Positions 26,185-37,779 of a stretch of 64,000 bases of DNA are shown here, in pieces. The number at the start of each line of letters is the position of its first letter. The stretch's first letter is position 1. Source of the stretch: Eledone cirrhosa (Eukaryota). The notes under the pieces were generated by a model. That model did not search any database, was not told the DNA's origin, and worked only from the letters and a program-made list of their open reading frames with translations. The stretch lies in assembly GCA_964016885.1 (NCBI GenBank), contig OZ024741.1, forward strand, positions 61,380,001-61,444,000, read 5' to 3'. The position numbers and the translations under genes were made by a program.

Positions 26185-27218
26185 AACATATACATACAGG
26201 GATTGAACTCAAGACCTGAAAATAAACTAGTACGCCTAACCAACAATTATATGGACTATGTTACTGAGCTCAGGACAATTATGTGAGGGAACTGTGCAGC
26301 ATAAATTTAGGAGCTTTAACCCTTTCATGACCTTATTTCTAACAAAATGCATTGTCCATATGTAAATTAATAGCCCCCACCCCTCCCGTATATTTGTAAG
26401 TCAATTATATAAAATTCAATATTTATTTTTTCAAGTCTAGTACTTATTTTATAAATCTCTTTTTGTTAGACATAAACATAAATATATATTCTCTCTATTT
26501 CTTAATCAATTGACAGGATCTCAGACGTCATACGTTTACATCAAATCGGACTAAGGAAACAATGTTTTCATTGGTCTTTCTATTGCTGATACTATCTACC
26601 ATTCGCAACTCTTGGCAGAAAGAGCAATGTGAAATAAAGTGTCTTGCTCATGAACATAGCACATTGCCTGATCCAGAAATCAAACTCACAACCTCTAATT
26701 CCCTAACCACTAAGCCACAAACACTCATATATATAGATATACCACATGTTTCTGCAGTTTCCCCCTACCAAATTTTACTGAAAATTGATTGGTCAACCTG
26801 AGATTATGATAGAAGACACATGCCCAAGGTGCCACATAGAGGTATTAAACTAAAAATTATCTGGTTGCTAAGCAAATTCCTGAATCATGCAGCTATGCCT
26901 GTGATTATACACAGCCATGTAAATTATTTTTTAATGTGGGGAGAAAAATAAAAAAAAGACAAAAATATTTCGGGTGATTATAACATTTCAATTTATTGCA
27001 TCGGTAATTTTGAAAATTCAGAACCAATGCTTGGGAGAATTTAGTTCCAAAATGTTCTTCAGCCTGCTAATAAACCAATTTCTTTTTGCCAAGGATGAGA
27101 TTGATTTAACCCTTTCAAAAACCATATTTCTAATGAAAGGCACTGCCTATGGTTTTCAATTAATTTTGAAAGTAATGAACAATTTGAAGGGATTTAGTAA
27201 TATAACAAACTTTCTCAT

Positions 27219-28368
27219 CTGGCATGGTGAAAGGAGATGTGCAATGCCCAGTTTGATGACACCCCGTGGCAACAAGTCACCTTTCCTATCAGTGAAGGTG
27301 GCCTCATTCTCCAGTCACTAGTTTCACTGGCATTGCCATCATTTCTTTCATCACTGATCTCTTGTGCTCTCATCAAAAAGGTTCTCCACAACACATCAGA
27401 GTCTACTACAATCAGGAAACTCAAAACAGGCTATGTTACATGGAGTCAACTCAGCTTCCACTATACATGTCCAGTCTCCCCTCCACTCTGTTGGCATCCA
27501 GTCTCCTCAACACAAATGAGATACAATCCTGTGCAAAAAGGCTTCAGAGAACCTTGTGTGCATGCTTGACAAGCACTGTCTCTCAATGTTTCCACTCAGC
27601 CTCCAAAATCAAAGCAGTGACTGACTAAATGCAATACCTTCCCAATCAGTCTCAACCCTTCTTATCAAACTTAGCTGAACAGTGACTATCTACACATCAG
27701 TGTTTCCCTGGGACTCAGTAAGCAACATAAATGCTGCTGTGGATCGACAGTAGATGCCTTTGGCATTCATTCACTGTCATACTGTCACAGTGCCAGCCAC
27801 TTCCTAAGTCATGTCACTTTCAATGAGATCATTAAGTATGAATTAGATTCCACTGGCTTCCTTTTACAGCTCAAGATGGTGAGGTTTGACTGAGTAAATA
27901 GAAAAAGACATCATCTTCAGCAGCAACTTGATTCTTTCCGTGAAAAGCCCAGGTTCCATTGTTCAACCAGATTGCAAGCTGTTAAAGTATCAGTCACTTT
28001 CTGATAGGTTTGTTGTTGAAACTATAATGGACACTTCTAGGGTTCTTCATTCTTGAACCACTACCTTACTCACTGCCATCAGAGTGGAGTTGGTCACTCA
28101 CAGGATTGAGCCCCATAAGCTAGAATGTTATCATCCAGAGTAAGACTTTCGCAATTCTGGCCACTGGTACCATGAGGCAGCTTGCACCTGGAGTTCTGTA
28201 TGCTAGAGGGTGTTCTCCCATATTGTCTAGACATGTATCACTGAGGTAGCAATGGCATTGGTTGCTAATATTTATTGTTAAACACACATTTAACTATACA
28301 AGGAAATTTATACAAGTATTTACTCATGTATTAATCGCACCTCCACTTTACAAACATTTACAATGTAT
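27219..28368 (+). mobile_element. CRE-like (restriction-like endonuclease) non-LTR retrotransposon 3' fragment inside a MITE
   Basis: WQQVTFPISEGGL..SLALPSFLSS and HKCCCGSTVDAFGIHSLSYC..H..FNEII motifs; tttctcat at both junctions (27211-27218, 28369-28376). Confidence 0.65.
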
Positions 28369-29054
28369 TTTCTCATTAAGCTGATATTTGAACATAACAA
28401 CAAATGTTCTTACATAAAATAATGAGAAAAATATTTTTAGTTAAATATAAACACAATAAATCTTTCAACAACATATTTCTAATGAAAGACACTGCCGATG
28501 ATTTTCAAGTATACGTGTATGAGTGCATCTATCTATATGTGAGTGTATATGTATATATGAAAATATATGTGTAAATATGTGCGTATATGTATATATATAT
28601 ACACACACACACATCATCATCATCATCATCATTTCATTTTACTCCGCTTTTCCCTGCTTGCAAGGATACATATATATATATACATACATATATACATACA
28701 CACATATACATATATACATACATACAATAGCATTATATCTTACTTGATGATCACTGGGTTCATTTTAGCTATAAAAACCTCTACAAGCTGAATGTGTCCA
28801 TTAAAAATATATTAGCATCGATAGTTATAGAAATAAATAGTGTTGTATCAATTTGTACTTTATATATGGAAATACTTTTACAATGGAAATTGGTAGATTT
28901 TTAGTGGACAAACAGTGGAGTGCAGCTTTCTGACTTGAATGTCAAACTACTGAAATGCATTAATTGTGGTGCTAGCTTAGCTTATATACTGTTGTTGCTG
29001 TTGTTGGTGATGTTGATGATGGTGGTGCAGCTGCAACTCAAGCATCAATACACA

Positions 29055-29093
<39 letters not shown>

Positions 29094-29327
29094 GCTTCCT
29101 ATTTTTCTTAAAAGCTCCTTCTGGTCTTCTTGTTTATATGTAAATAATTAATTTTTGTTAAGGCAGTTACAGCTGCCGATGTCATTGTTGTTGTGGCTGT
29201 TGTTGTTGTTTTGCTATTACTGTGTTGCTGTAACCTAACAACAGTTATTGTTGCTGGTAACCACAGGCCAGCTATGGTACAGCAAACCCTGTACTATGTA
29301 TATAGTCAGCTAGAAGATTTGGTTTGT

Positions 29328-29515
29328 TGTGGTTTGGCAGTATCAGTAGGGTATCAGACACCATGCTTTGCAGCATAGGAGTTATGGCCCTATACGTTCT
29401 GAGTTCAAATTCTGCCAGGTTAACTTTGCCTTTCCTCCTCACGGGGTTAATAAAATAAACCATCAGTAATGCACTGGGATAATTGCTGGCCTTGTGCCAA
29501 AAGAAGAAACATTAT
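29328..29515 (+). mobile_element. OK-like SINE
   Basis: A/B boxes and core as at 3247. Confidence 0.8.
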
Positions 29516-29620
29516 TGCTAATATTATGTTTCATGTAGCTGTAATTGTGGCTGTTATTGTTGCTGTTATTGTTGCTTACAATGGATTTTTAATTACCATC
29601 CTGAATATCCTTCTTTCTTT

Positions 29621-30025
29621 AGATTATTAACCATCTTTCCAACAACAACCCTGAACACCTTTTTGAATTCCATATGTCTAACACCCACAGACATTCTTAC
29701 AAAACCAGAAAACAGTACAGCTCCCATGACTTTCAGAAATATTTTTTTATGCTCAGAGTTGCTGAAGCATGGAACAAACTAACTGCATCAGTTGTTAGCT
29801 GCCGGCACGCTGCATCCTTTAAAACATCCATGCTTCCTGAAATTCACCAACACTACACCTGATATTCCTCCTCCATACACATGCACACATGTATGTGTGT
29901 GTCTGCCTGCGTGTATATCATGACTCATACCCTGTTCACTTTCCTGACATTTGTACATTACTCTATGAACTATACATGCACCTTTGATGAGTTCTGAACA
30001 CAATAATTTTCATTATTATTATTAT
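29621..30025 (+). mobile_element. 5'-truncated copy of the same CR1 family as 5103-8786
   Basis: NNNPEHLF..SSHDFQKYFFMLRVAEAWNKL..MLPEIHQHYT plus the same 3' UTR and (ATT)n tail. Confidence 0.9.
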
Positions 30026-30486
30026 TTTACATAATATATTCCAAATTTTAACTAATCCATAATTTATGATTTGGATATGCTGTATGAATGCAGGTATAGG
30101 TTGCACCGTTTTCCTTGAAAGTATGACATGAAAAACCAACAACTACATCGGTACCTAAAAACCTCAATTCCAAATATATATAGTGTGACTTATCTCCCAG
30201 TGTGATGTATGTATATTTACATGCAAAGTCTGTTGACCCTTCAATTCTTGTAAAATTTTACATATGTATTCACTTTTGTCAAAATTACACACACAGTTTT
30301 CGTGTATATTCCTTATTTAGTTATTGTCTCAAATGCATCACATCAATAGAGTGTGCTCTGAACTGTTAAACAAACTGACATCTCAAATGCAGTAACAGTT
30401 TAATGCATGAAACTGCAATGCCAACAAGGTGGGTGATGAGGTAATCATGCATTTGTCTGTTGTGTAACTGCCTGCATTTTCTGGTG

Positions 30487-30526
<40 letters not shown>

Positions 30527-30807
30527 GGTTTTAAGGTTCACCACTGGATAGAGCTGGTCAATTGTGTCTTTTTTCGTGTAGCATGATATTAACGCTGACT
30601 TATCTTCCTCTCCCTTTCTATTTGACTGGGAGGGTAGTATCACACTAAAAGCTTTACCCCCCTCACCAGATGGCCTCAAGTAGACCGAATAGCCAGCACT
30701 TGAGGGCGACCGGCTAAAGTGGAAGATGCTAGATGGTCGGTCGTCCTCCTGTCTTTGATTTTCAGCCCCATGGATTTTACCTATTACATTCATTTATTGT
30801 ATTTCGA

Positions 30808-30865
30808 ATACCTGATGATATCACCGGATTCATACGGAACCTGGTCATTGAAATGATCATAGTAT
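30808..30865 (+). ncRNA. Type I hammerhead ribozyme motif within a (TA)n-flanked ~390-bp insert (30523-30911)
   Basis: atac-CTGATGA-tatcaccggattcatacggaacctggtcatt-GAAA-tgatca-TA-gtat; palindromic ATGATCAT stem III. Confidence 0.75.
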
Positions 30866-30929
30866 AAAAAACCTTTCAAGGATTTACACAAGTCCAGCCT
30901 CCTGTCATTTTATTATAATATATATATAC

Positions 30930-32295
30930 TGCCTCTGTCTCCGATTATTCTGTTGCTTTTCTAGATATCTCTCTATCTATTAATCACTCTCACCACACCT
31001 TCTCTACTTCCATCTTCATTAAACCAGCATACTCCCAATCTTATCTCGACTTCACCTCCTCCCATCCAACCCACACCAAACACTCCATACCCTATTCCTA
31101 ATTTCTCTGCCTTTATCGACTCTGTAGCCAGGACAACATTTTTGAAGATCATTCCCTTCGCATGGCTTCCTGCTTCATCCAGCATGGATATCCCCCCACC
31201 CTAATCCAAGCTGCTTTCACCTGCACCCATGAAACAAACCACTCCACAGCTTTCTCACCTCATTCCCGCCCTCCCAACACTCATGTTCCTTTCCTTCTCA
31301 CCTCATCCCCGCCCTCCCAACACCCATGTTCCTTTCCCTCTCACCTACAACCCCCAACCCCATCACCCTACCACTCTGGTGACATATCCTCTGTTCCTTC
31401 CGTATCCTCTTTTCTGACCCCGTCACATCTCGCTTTTTTCCAAACCCACTCATTACTGCTTTTAAGTGCACCCGCAACCTCCATGACCTCCTGGTTCGCA
31501 GTTCCTTTTCATCCTCTCGTTCTGTTCTCCTGGTCATTCTTCCCTACATGTTTCAGTCCTGGGTGTCCTTTTACATCATGGACCACAGGCCTTGCACACC
31601 AGGACTGAACAAAGTCTGATTCACTGCCTTGGGTCCTATTCCCCTCTTGGACTCAACTCACCTCCCCAATTTCTCTAATACCCCGTCCATTATCACACCC
31701 CTAAATTCCCATCGCTTTCTCTTGATCATTAGCAGCTTCTCTTACAACTAATACATGCTGATTATATATGCTCACTCCACTTTTCCCTTCACTGCTCTGT
31801 ATACACACATACACACCCTTATATTAACATACTTTTGCTCATAGCTTCGTACTTACATGCACACACACTCTTTTACTCACATATACACACACATTTATTC
31901 TTAGCTTTGTATGGACGTATAATAACACACACACAAACACATGCTTACGCATGTGCTCATGTATAGCTCTTTTTACAAAACGTCTTTTTTTCCATTTCAG
32001 GTAGACGCGCTCCATCATCCACTTTTCTAAAAAATAAATCATACACAAAACGCCAGCACCAACAGTTTTGCAAGAGATGTGAACATGAATGGACCTGTTA
32101 TTTTTATCTAAAGACATTTTTTTCCAATTCCATCCCACTCATCCCCTCAATCTATCTTATTTCTCATTCTTTCTTCTGATGAAGGACTAGCGTCCGAAAT
32201 GTTAAGACCCTCTTCCTGCTATATCAAGTGTTAACCTAATATATCCCTTCCATATACTGTACCGATTGGGTTGTTATTTCTGTTTACCTTTTACA
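30930..32295 (+). mobile_element. Penelope-like element fragment (RT C-terminus/linker plus 3' terminal repeat)
   Basis: FLDISLS..YLDFTSSHPTHTKHSIPYS..RLCS..FIQHGYP; ends with a minimal hammerhead at 32172-32207. Confidence 0.7.
32172..32207 (+). ncRNA. Minimal type I hammerhead of the Penelope terminal-repeat type, one stem III substitution
   Basis: tctt-CTGATGA-aggactagcgtcc-GAAA-tg-TT-aaga. Confidence 0.6.
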
Positions 32296-32306
32296 TATAT
32301 ATATAT

Positions 32307-32652
32307 GGAGGCACATGGCTTAGTGGTTAGAGCATTGGGCTTGCAATCGAAAGGTTGTGAGTTCAATTCTCAGACCGGGTGATGTGTTGTTTCCTTGAGC
32401 AAGACACTTTATTTCACATTGCTCCAGTTTACTCAGCTGTAGAAATGAGATGATAGGGACCGCAGTCCCTATCATTCCACTGCAAAGTGGTCGTGGAGGT
32501 GCCACGGCAAAAAAGCACCCAGCACTCACTGTAAATGAGGTTAGTGTTAGGAAGGGCATCCAGCTGTAGAAATCAAGCCAGAATCAGTTCCCGTCCCACC
32601 CTTGCGAGCAGGGAAAAGTGGACGTAAAATGAAATGATGATGAAATGATGAT
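32307..32652 (+). mobile_element. OR-like SINE
   Basis: A box TGGCTTAGTGG, B box GAGTTCAATTC, (ATG)n tail. Confidence 0.9.
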
Positions 32653-32654
32653 AA

Positions 32655-33440
32655 TAGATAGAAACTTCTCACCCGGACATAGATACCATAAACTAATTAA
32701 CAAAAATACAATTAAAGTCTTGTTCTCAACCACACCTAATATAGCCATACAATTAGCTTTTAGTAAAAATAGGAAAATCAAAAAACACATTCAATCCTTT
32801 AAACTGAATAATAACACATAGTTATTGAATATATCCAACCAAAATAACCTTTCAAATAATAATATCAATAACCCACAACCTGTTACTATGAATAACATAC
32901 AAATTACAACTAACTCTATAAATAATATTAATGCCCAAAGCAATCTTAATATTCCAATTAATAATATTAACCTAAGATCTACAATCCCACACACTAACTC
33001 TATAATTAATCCAAATTGTAACTGTAGAAATATAACACTATGCCCATTTAGCAGTAATTGCTTAACTGATAATATAGTACATGGTTGCACAGTTAATACA
33101 TCTCGACAGTCTAAACTTTACATAGGAGCTACCTCAAATAGTTTCAAAAGAAGATTTAATCCCCATCTTCATTCTTTTAGAAAACCTGAATTAAAACACA
33201 TGACTGCATTAGCTAGTTTTATCTGGGAATAAAAAAGTAAGAACATACAATATATATTGAATTAGGTAGATCCTCTGCTTATAAACCTAACAATGGAATA
33301 TGTAGATTATGCCTCCTTGTATCTCAACTCATTACTAAATCCAAAGCTAACCTTTTAAATAAGAAATCAGAAATCTTTTCCATCTAACCACATAAAAACC
33401 TACAATCATTTAACTATTACAAATCCAACAATGTCAATTA
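32655..33440 (+). mobile_element. Penelope-like element fragment, GIY-YIG endonuclease region (pseudogene)
   Basis: CNCRNITLCPFSSNCLTDNIVHGCTV..KLYIGATSNSFKRRFNPHLHSF..TALASFIWE..CRLCL..LLNKKSEI. Confidence 0.8.
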
Positions 33441-34230
33441 ACAACCTTATACTCAAACTAATGCTTAACTTAATACTGAATCCATAACAATGGAATCATC
33501 TATCATTTGCCTTTAATATTTATATAGATTATATAATAGTATATTGTATTAATTAAATAAATGTATCTTATCTAACTTTCTCTTTTCTGACCTTAATAAT
33601 AATAAATCCTTAAATATAATTACTGGGGGTGTTTCTTTCTATTTGTTGCCATAATTTTGATAAATTTATTAGATAAATATGGATTAGATAGGCACAGAAC
33701 ATTAATGCATATAAATTTAATTATGTCTGTAAACCTCAACTGGTACTTAATCTTATGTTAAATTCATAATAATGTTATGATCTATTGGTAGTCTTCCACA
33801 TTTATATATACATTACTAATACTAAATATTAATTTATTTAAAACATTATATTATCTTATCTCATCTTACCTCCATTAGGTTTGACCTTAATACCTGATAT
33901 TTCAATATTTCATTATAATGTATTAATTTTCTTAAATACCTCACACACATATACCTCACTGCCACATATAAGATAAAAAATTCTTTAGATAAGTATAAAT
34001 GATTAACATATTTAAATATATTTACTTAGCAGTAATATTTAGATAAGGCAAAATTAAAAGTTTACTTTGTAACTCCAACACCATTATTACTCCTTACCTC
34101 CCTGAAATATGTAAATAGCACAATTTTTATTTATTTATATTAATATATTCTTTTTAAATTTAGTTAAATATTATCGATTATTTAATAATCATATAGTCTT
34201 TATAACATCTCTGTAACGAATTAAACATTA

Positions 34231-34275
<45 letters not shown>

Positions 34276-34838
34276 TAATTTAATATATCAACTAACATAA
34301 GCGCACAGATGCACGCCCATGCCAGCAAATACACAGGTTATGTCATAGTACCTAGGTGGTTCAATGCAGGAGAATGCAGAACAATAATATAAAGGACGTA
34401 AAATAAGAAAATATTTTTAAAAAAAAAAAAATTTTTAAAAAATTTTTTTCTTACTTAAATTTTCACTCCAACTAATTAGTTTCTGCAATGGGATAAAGAC
34501 AGTTATGTAATCCAACTGTCGAGAATTCATTGCGTCATCATATATTATCTATATTTATCTCCAAATCACTGATTTGTCGAGCAAACTTGTCAAAACCACT
34601 TCTAAAAAAATTTTTTTTTGGGGTGTTAGTAGGCGTCAGTCATCTTACCATCCCATTCCTTCTAACTAGCCTCTGTGTCACGTGATTGATTCTTTAGAAT
34701 CGGCCATTTGACTTGAAGCAGTGAGAATTTCGGTACATAGAATCCAGTCCTCGCAAGCTGTTCGATCTACCGAATTATTATTATTTTTATATGAGCCGCC
34801 AGTGTCCGCGCATTGCCTGGAGACTTAACTGAGAATAG

Positions 34839-34920
34839 ACTTCCTGATGACGCAATGAATTCTCGACAGTTGGATTACATAACTGTCTTTATCCCATTGC
34901 AGAAACTAATTAGTTGGAGT
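34839..34920 (+). ncRNA. Type I hammerhead ribozyme, unit 1
   Basis: acttc-CTGATGA(34844)-stem II gcaatg/cattgc + gacagtt/aactgtc-GAAA(34902)-ctaattag-TT-ggagt; predicted cleavage after 34915 (GUU). Confidence 0.8.
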
Positions 34921-35397
34921 GAAAATTTAAGTAAGAAAAAAATTTTTTTTAAATTTTTTTTTAAAAAAAATTTTCTTATTTTACGTCCTTTATATTATTG
35001 TTCTGCATTCTCCTGCATTGAACCACCTAGGTACTATGACATAACCTGTGTATTTGCTGGCATGGGCGTGCATCTGTGCGCTTATGTTAGTTGATATATT
35101 AAATTATCTATATTTATCTCCAAATCACTGATTTGTCGAGCAAACTTGTCAAAACCACTTCTAAAAAAATTTTTTTTTGGGGTGTTAGTAGGCGTCAGTC
35201 ATCTTACCATCCCATTCCTTCTAACTAGCCTCTGTGTCACGTGATTGATTCTTTAGAATCGGCCATTTGACTTGAAGCAGTGAGAATTTCGGTACATAGA
35301 ATCCAGTCCTCGCAAGCTGTTCGATCTACCGAATTATTATTATTTTTATATGAGCCGCCAGTGTCCGCGCATTGCCTGGAGACTTAACTGAGAATAG

Positions 35398-35479
35398 ACT
35401 TCCTGATGACGCAATGAATTCTCGACAGTTGGATTACATAACTGTCTTTATCCCATTGCAGAAACTAATTAGTTGGAGT
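35398..35479 (+). ncRNA. Type I hammerhead ribozyme, unit 2
   Basis: Identical to unit 1; predicted cleavage after 35474. Confidence 0.8.
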
Positions 35480-35958
35480 GAAAATTTAAGTAAGAAAAAA
35501 ATTTTTTTTAAATTTTTTTTTTTTTTAAATATTTTCTTATTTTACGTCCTTTATATTATTGTTCTGCATTCTCCTGCATTGAACCACCTAGGTACTATGA
35601 CATAACCTGTGTATTTGCTGGCATGGGCGTGCATCTGTGCGCTTATGTTAGTTGATATATTAAATTATCTATATTTATCTCCAAATCACTGATTTGTCGA
35701 GCAAACTTGTCAAAACCACTTCTAAAAAAATTTTTTTTTGGGGTGTTAGTAGGCGTCAGTCATCTTACCATCCCATTCCTTCTAACTAGCCTCTGTGTCA
35801 CGTGATTGATTCTTTAGAATCGGCCATTTGACTTGAAGCAGTGAGAATTTCGGTACATAGAATCCAGTCCTCGCAAGCTGTTCGATCTACCGAATTATTA
35901 TTATTTTTATATGAGCCGCCAGTGTCCGCGCATTGCCTGGAGACTTAACTGAGAATAG

Positions 35959-36040
35959 ACTTCCTGATGACGCAATGAATTCTCGACAGTTGGATTACAT
36001 AACTGTCTTTATCCCATTGCAGAAACTAATTAGTTGGAGT
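35959..36040 (+). ncRNA. Type I hammerhead ribozyme, unit 3
   Basis: Identical to unit 1; predicted cleavage after 36035. Confidence 0.8.
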
Positions 36041-36519
36041 GAAAATTTAAGTAAGAAAAAAATTTTTTTAAAATTTTTTTTTTTTAAAAATATTTTCTTA
36101 TTTTACGTCCTTTATATTATTGTTCTGCATTCTCCTGCATTGAACCACCTAGGTACTATGACATAACCTGTGTATTTGCTGGCATGGGCGTGCATCTGTG
36201 CGCTTATGTTAGTTGATATATTAAATTATCTATATTTATCTCCAAATCACTGATTTGTCGAGCAAACTTGTCAAAACCACTTCTAAAAAAATTTTTTTTT
36301 GGGGTGTTAGTAGGCGTCAGTCATCTTACCATCCCATTCCTTCTAACTAGCCTCTGTGTCACGTGATTGATTCTTTAGAATCGGCCATTTGACTTGAAGC
36401 AGTGAGAATTTCGGTACATAGAATCCAGTCCTCGCAAGCTGTTCGATCTACCGAATTATTATTATTTTTATATGAGCCGCCAGTGTCCGCGCATTGCCTG
36501 GAGACTTAACTGAGAATAG

Positions 36520-36601
36520 ACTTCCTGATGACGCAATGAATTCTCGACAGTTGGATTACATAACTGTCTTTATCCCATTGCAGAAACTAATTAGTTGGAG
36601 T
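36520..36601 (+). ncRNA. Type I hammerhead ribozyme, unit 4
   Basis: Identical to unit 1; predicted cleavage after 36596. Confidence 0.8.
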
Positions 36602-36670
36602 GAAAATTTAAGTAAGAAAAAAATTTTTTTTTTATTTTTTTAAAAAAAAAATATTTTCTTATTTTACGTC

Positions 36671-36711
<41 letters not shown>

Positions 36712-37162
36712 CTCAGTATAATTTCATGTTTCCAGATATAATGTTATGTTTGCAGTAAATATCTTTCAACTTTAACCCTGTTAAATTCCATGGATTATTT
36801 TTACAAACTATGAATATTGCTTTGATAAAACTGTATAAGTTCCAGTTCATTATTGGAAAATTACTATTCTTCCAAATAACATTTAAATATTTTAATACAA
36901 CTAAGACCCTGTTATTTTGACCTGCTACCTAATTAGAGAAGTGATATATTTTATTGGTTGTTTTTAAATAAATTGTATTGATACTTTATTAATCATTTGG
37001 GATTTTAATTAAACTCTGATGATTCCTATAGTTTGTGGTAACTAATAGCAAATTGTTAAATATAATAACTTGCTGTAGGTAGTATACTATTATGGGAAGA
37101 AACAATTGTTAGTGGTTAAATGTCTTGAACTTTTAATTTTGGTTTGTAAGCAGATTCTAATT

Positions 37163-37198
<36 letters not shown>

Positions 37199-37575
37199 GT
37201 AATAGTTCTCCATACATGAATGAAAAGACTGTAGTTAAATATGGTCCACAATACATTAAGTAGAAAGGGTACATCATTTATTTCAGATGACTTGCACTGT
37301 TTCATTTGGTTGAAACAGTACAAGTCTTGTAGAAGTCATTTCTATCAGAAATAAATTACATACATACATAAATACTTACTAATAACTCAAATTATAAAAG
37401 TTAACAACCAACACCAATACCACACTTACTAATTTTATATATACAACTGATTCCCTCCACATGTATGTATGTTCTTTTGGTTTCATTATTTTGTAAATTT
37501 TTACCAAGAGAGAGCTAGTTTATAACATAGACAAAAGACTCTTTCATTGGAATTTAGACAACTCAAACTAGGTAA

Positions 37576-37617
<42 letters not shown>

Positions 37618-37779
37618 GTATAGATGTTATTGTATGTGTGGATCTGTATGCTTTGAATTATGTGTACATGTGCATATGTTTCTGTAAATATACATGTGAA
37701 TATGCAGTTATTACATGCAGAATGTTTGGAATGTTTTACATATTTTTAAAATTTCCTTAATGGATTGTACTTGCAACTG

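Larger units (their letters stand above)
34269..36678 (+). mobile_element. Candidate retrozyme: ~560-bp tandem array (3.8 forward units, 34544-36678) plus inverted partial unit (34269-34540), inserted in (TA)n
   Basis: Units differ essentially only in A/T homopolymer tracts; periods 559/561/561; one hammerhead per unit; no credible ORF. Confidence 0.8.

Noticed and set aside
34813-36166. Repeated ORF MPGDLTENRLPDD... in the tandem units
   Set aside because: TTG start, frame changes with homopolymer length, and it overlaps the ribozyme; not credible as coding
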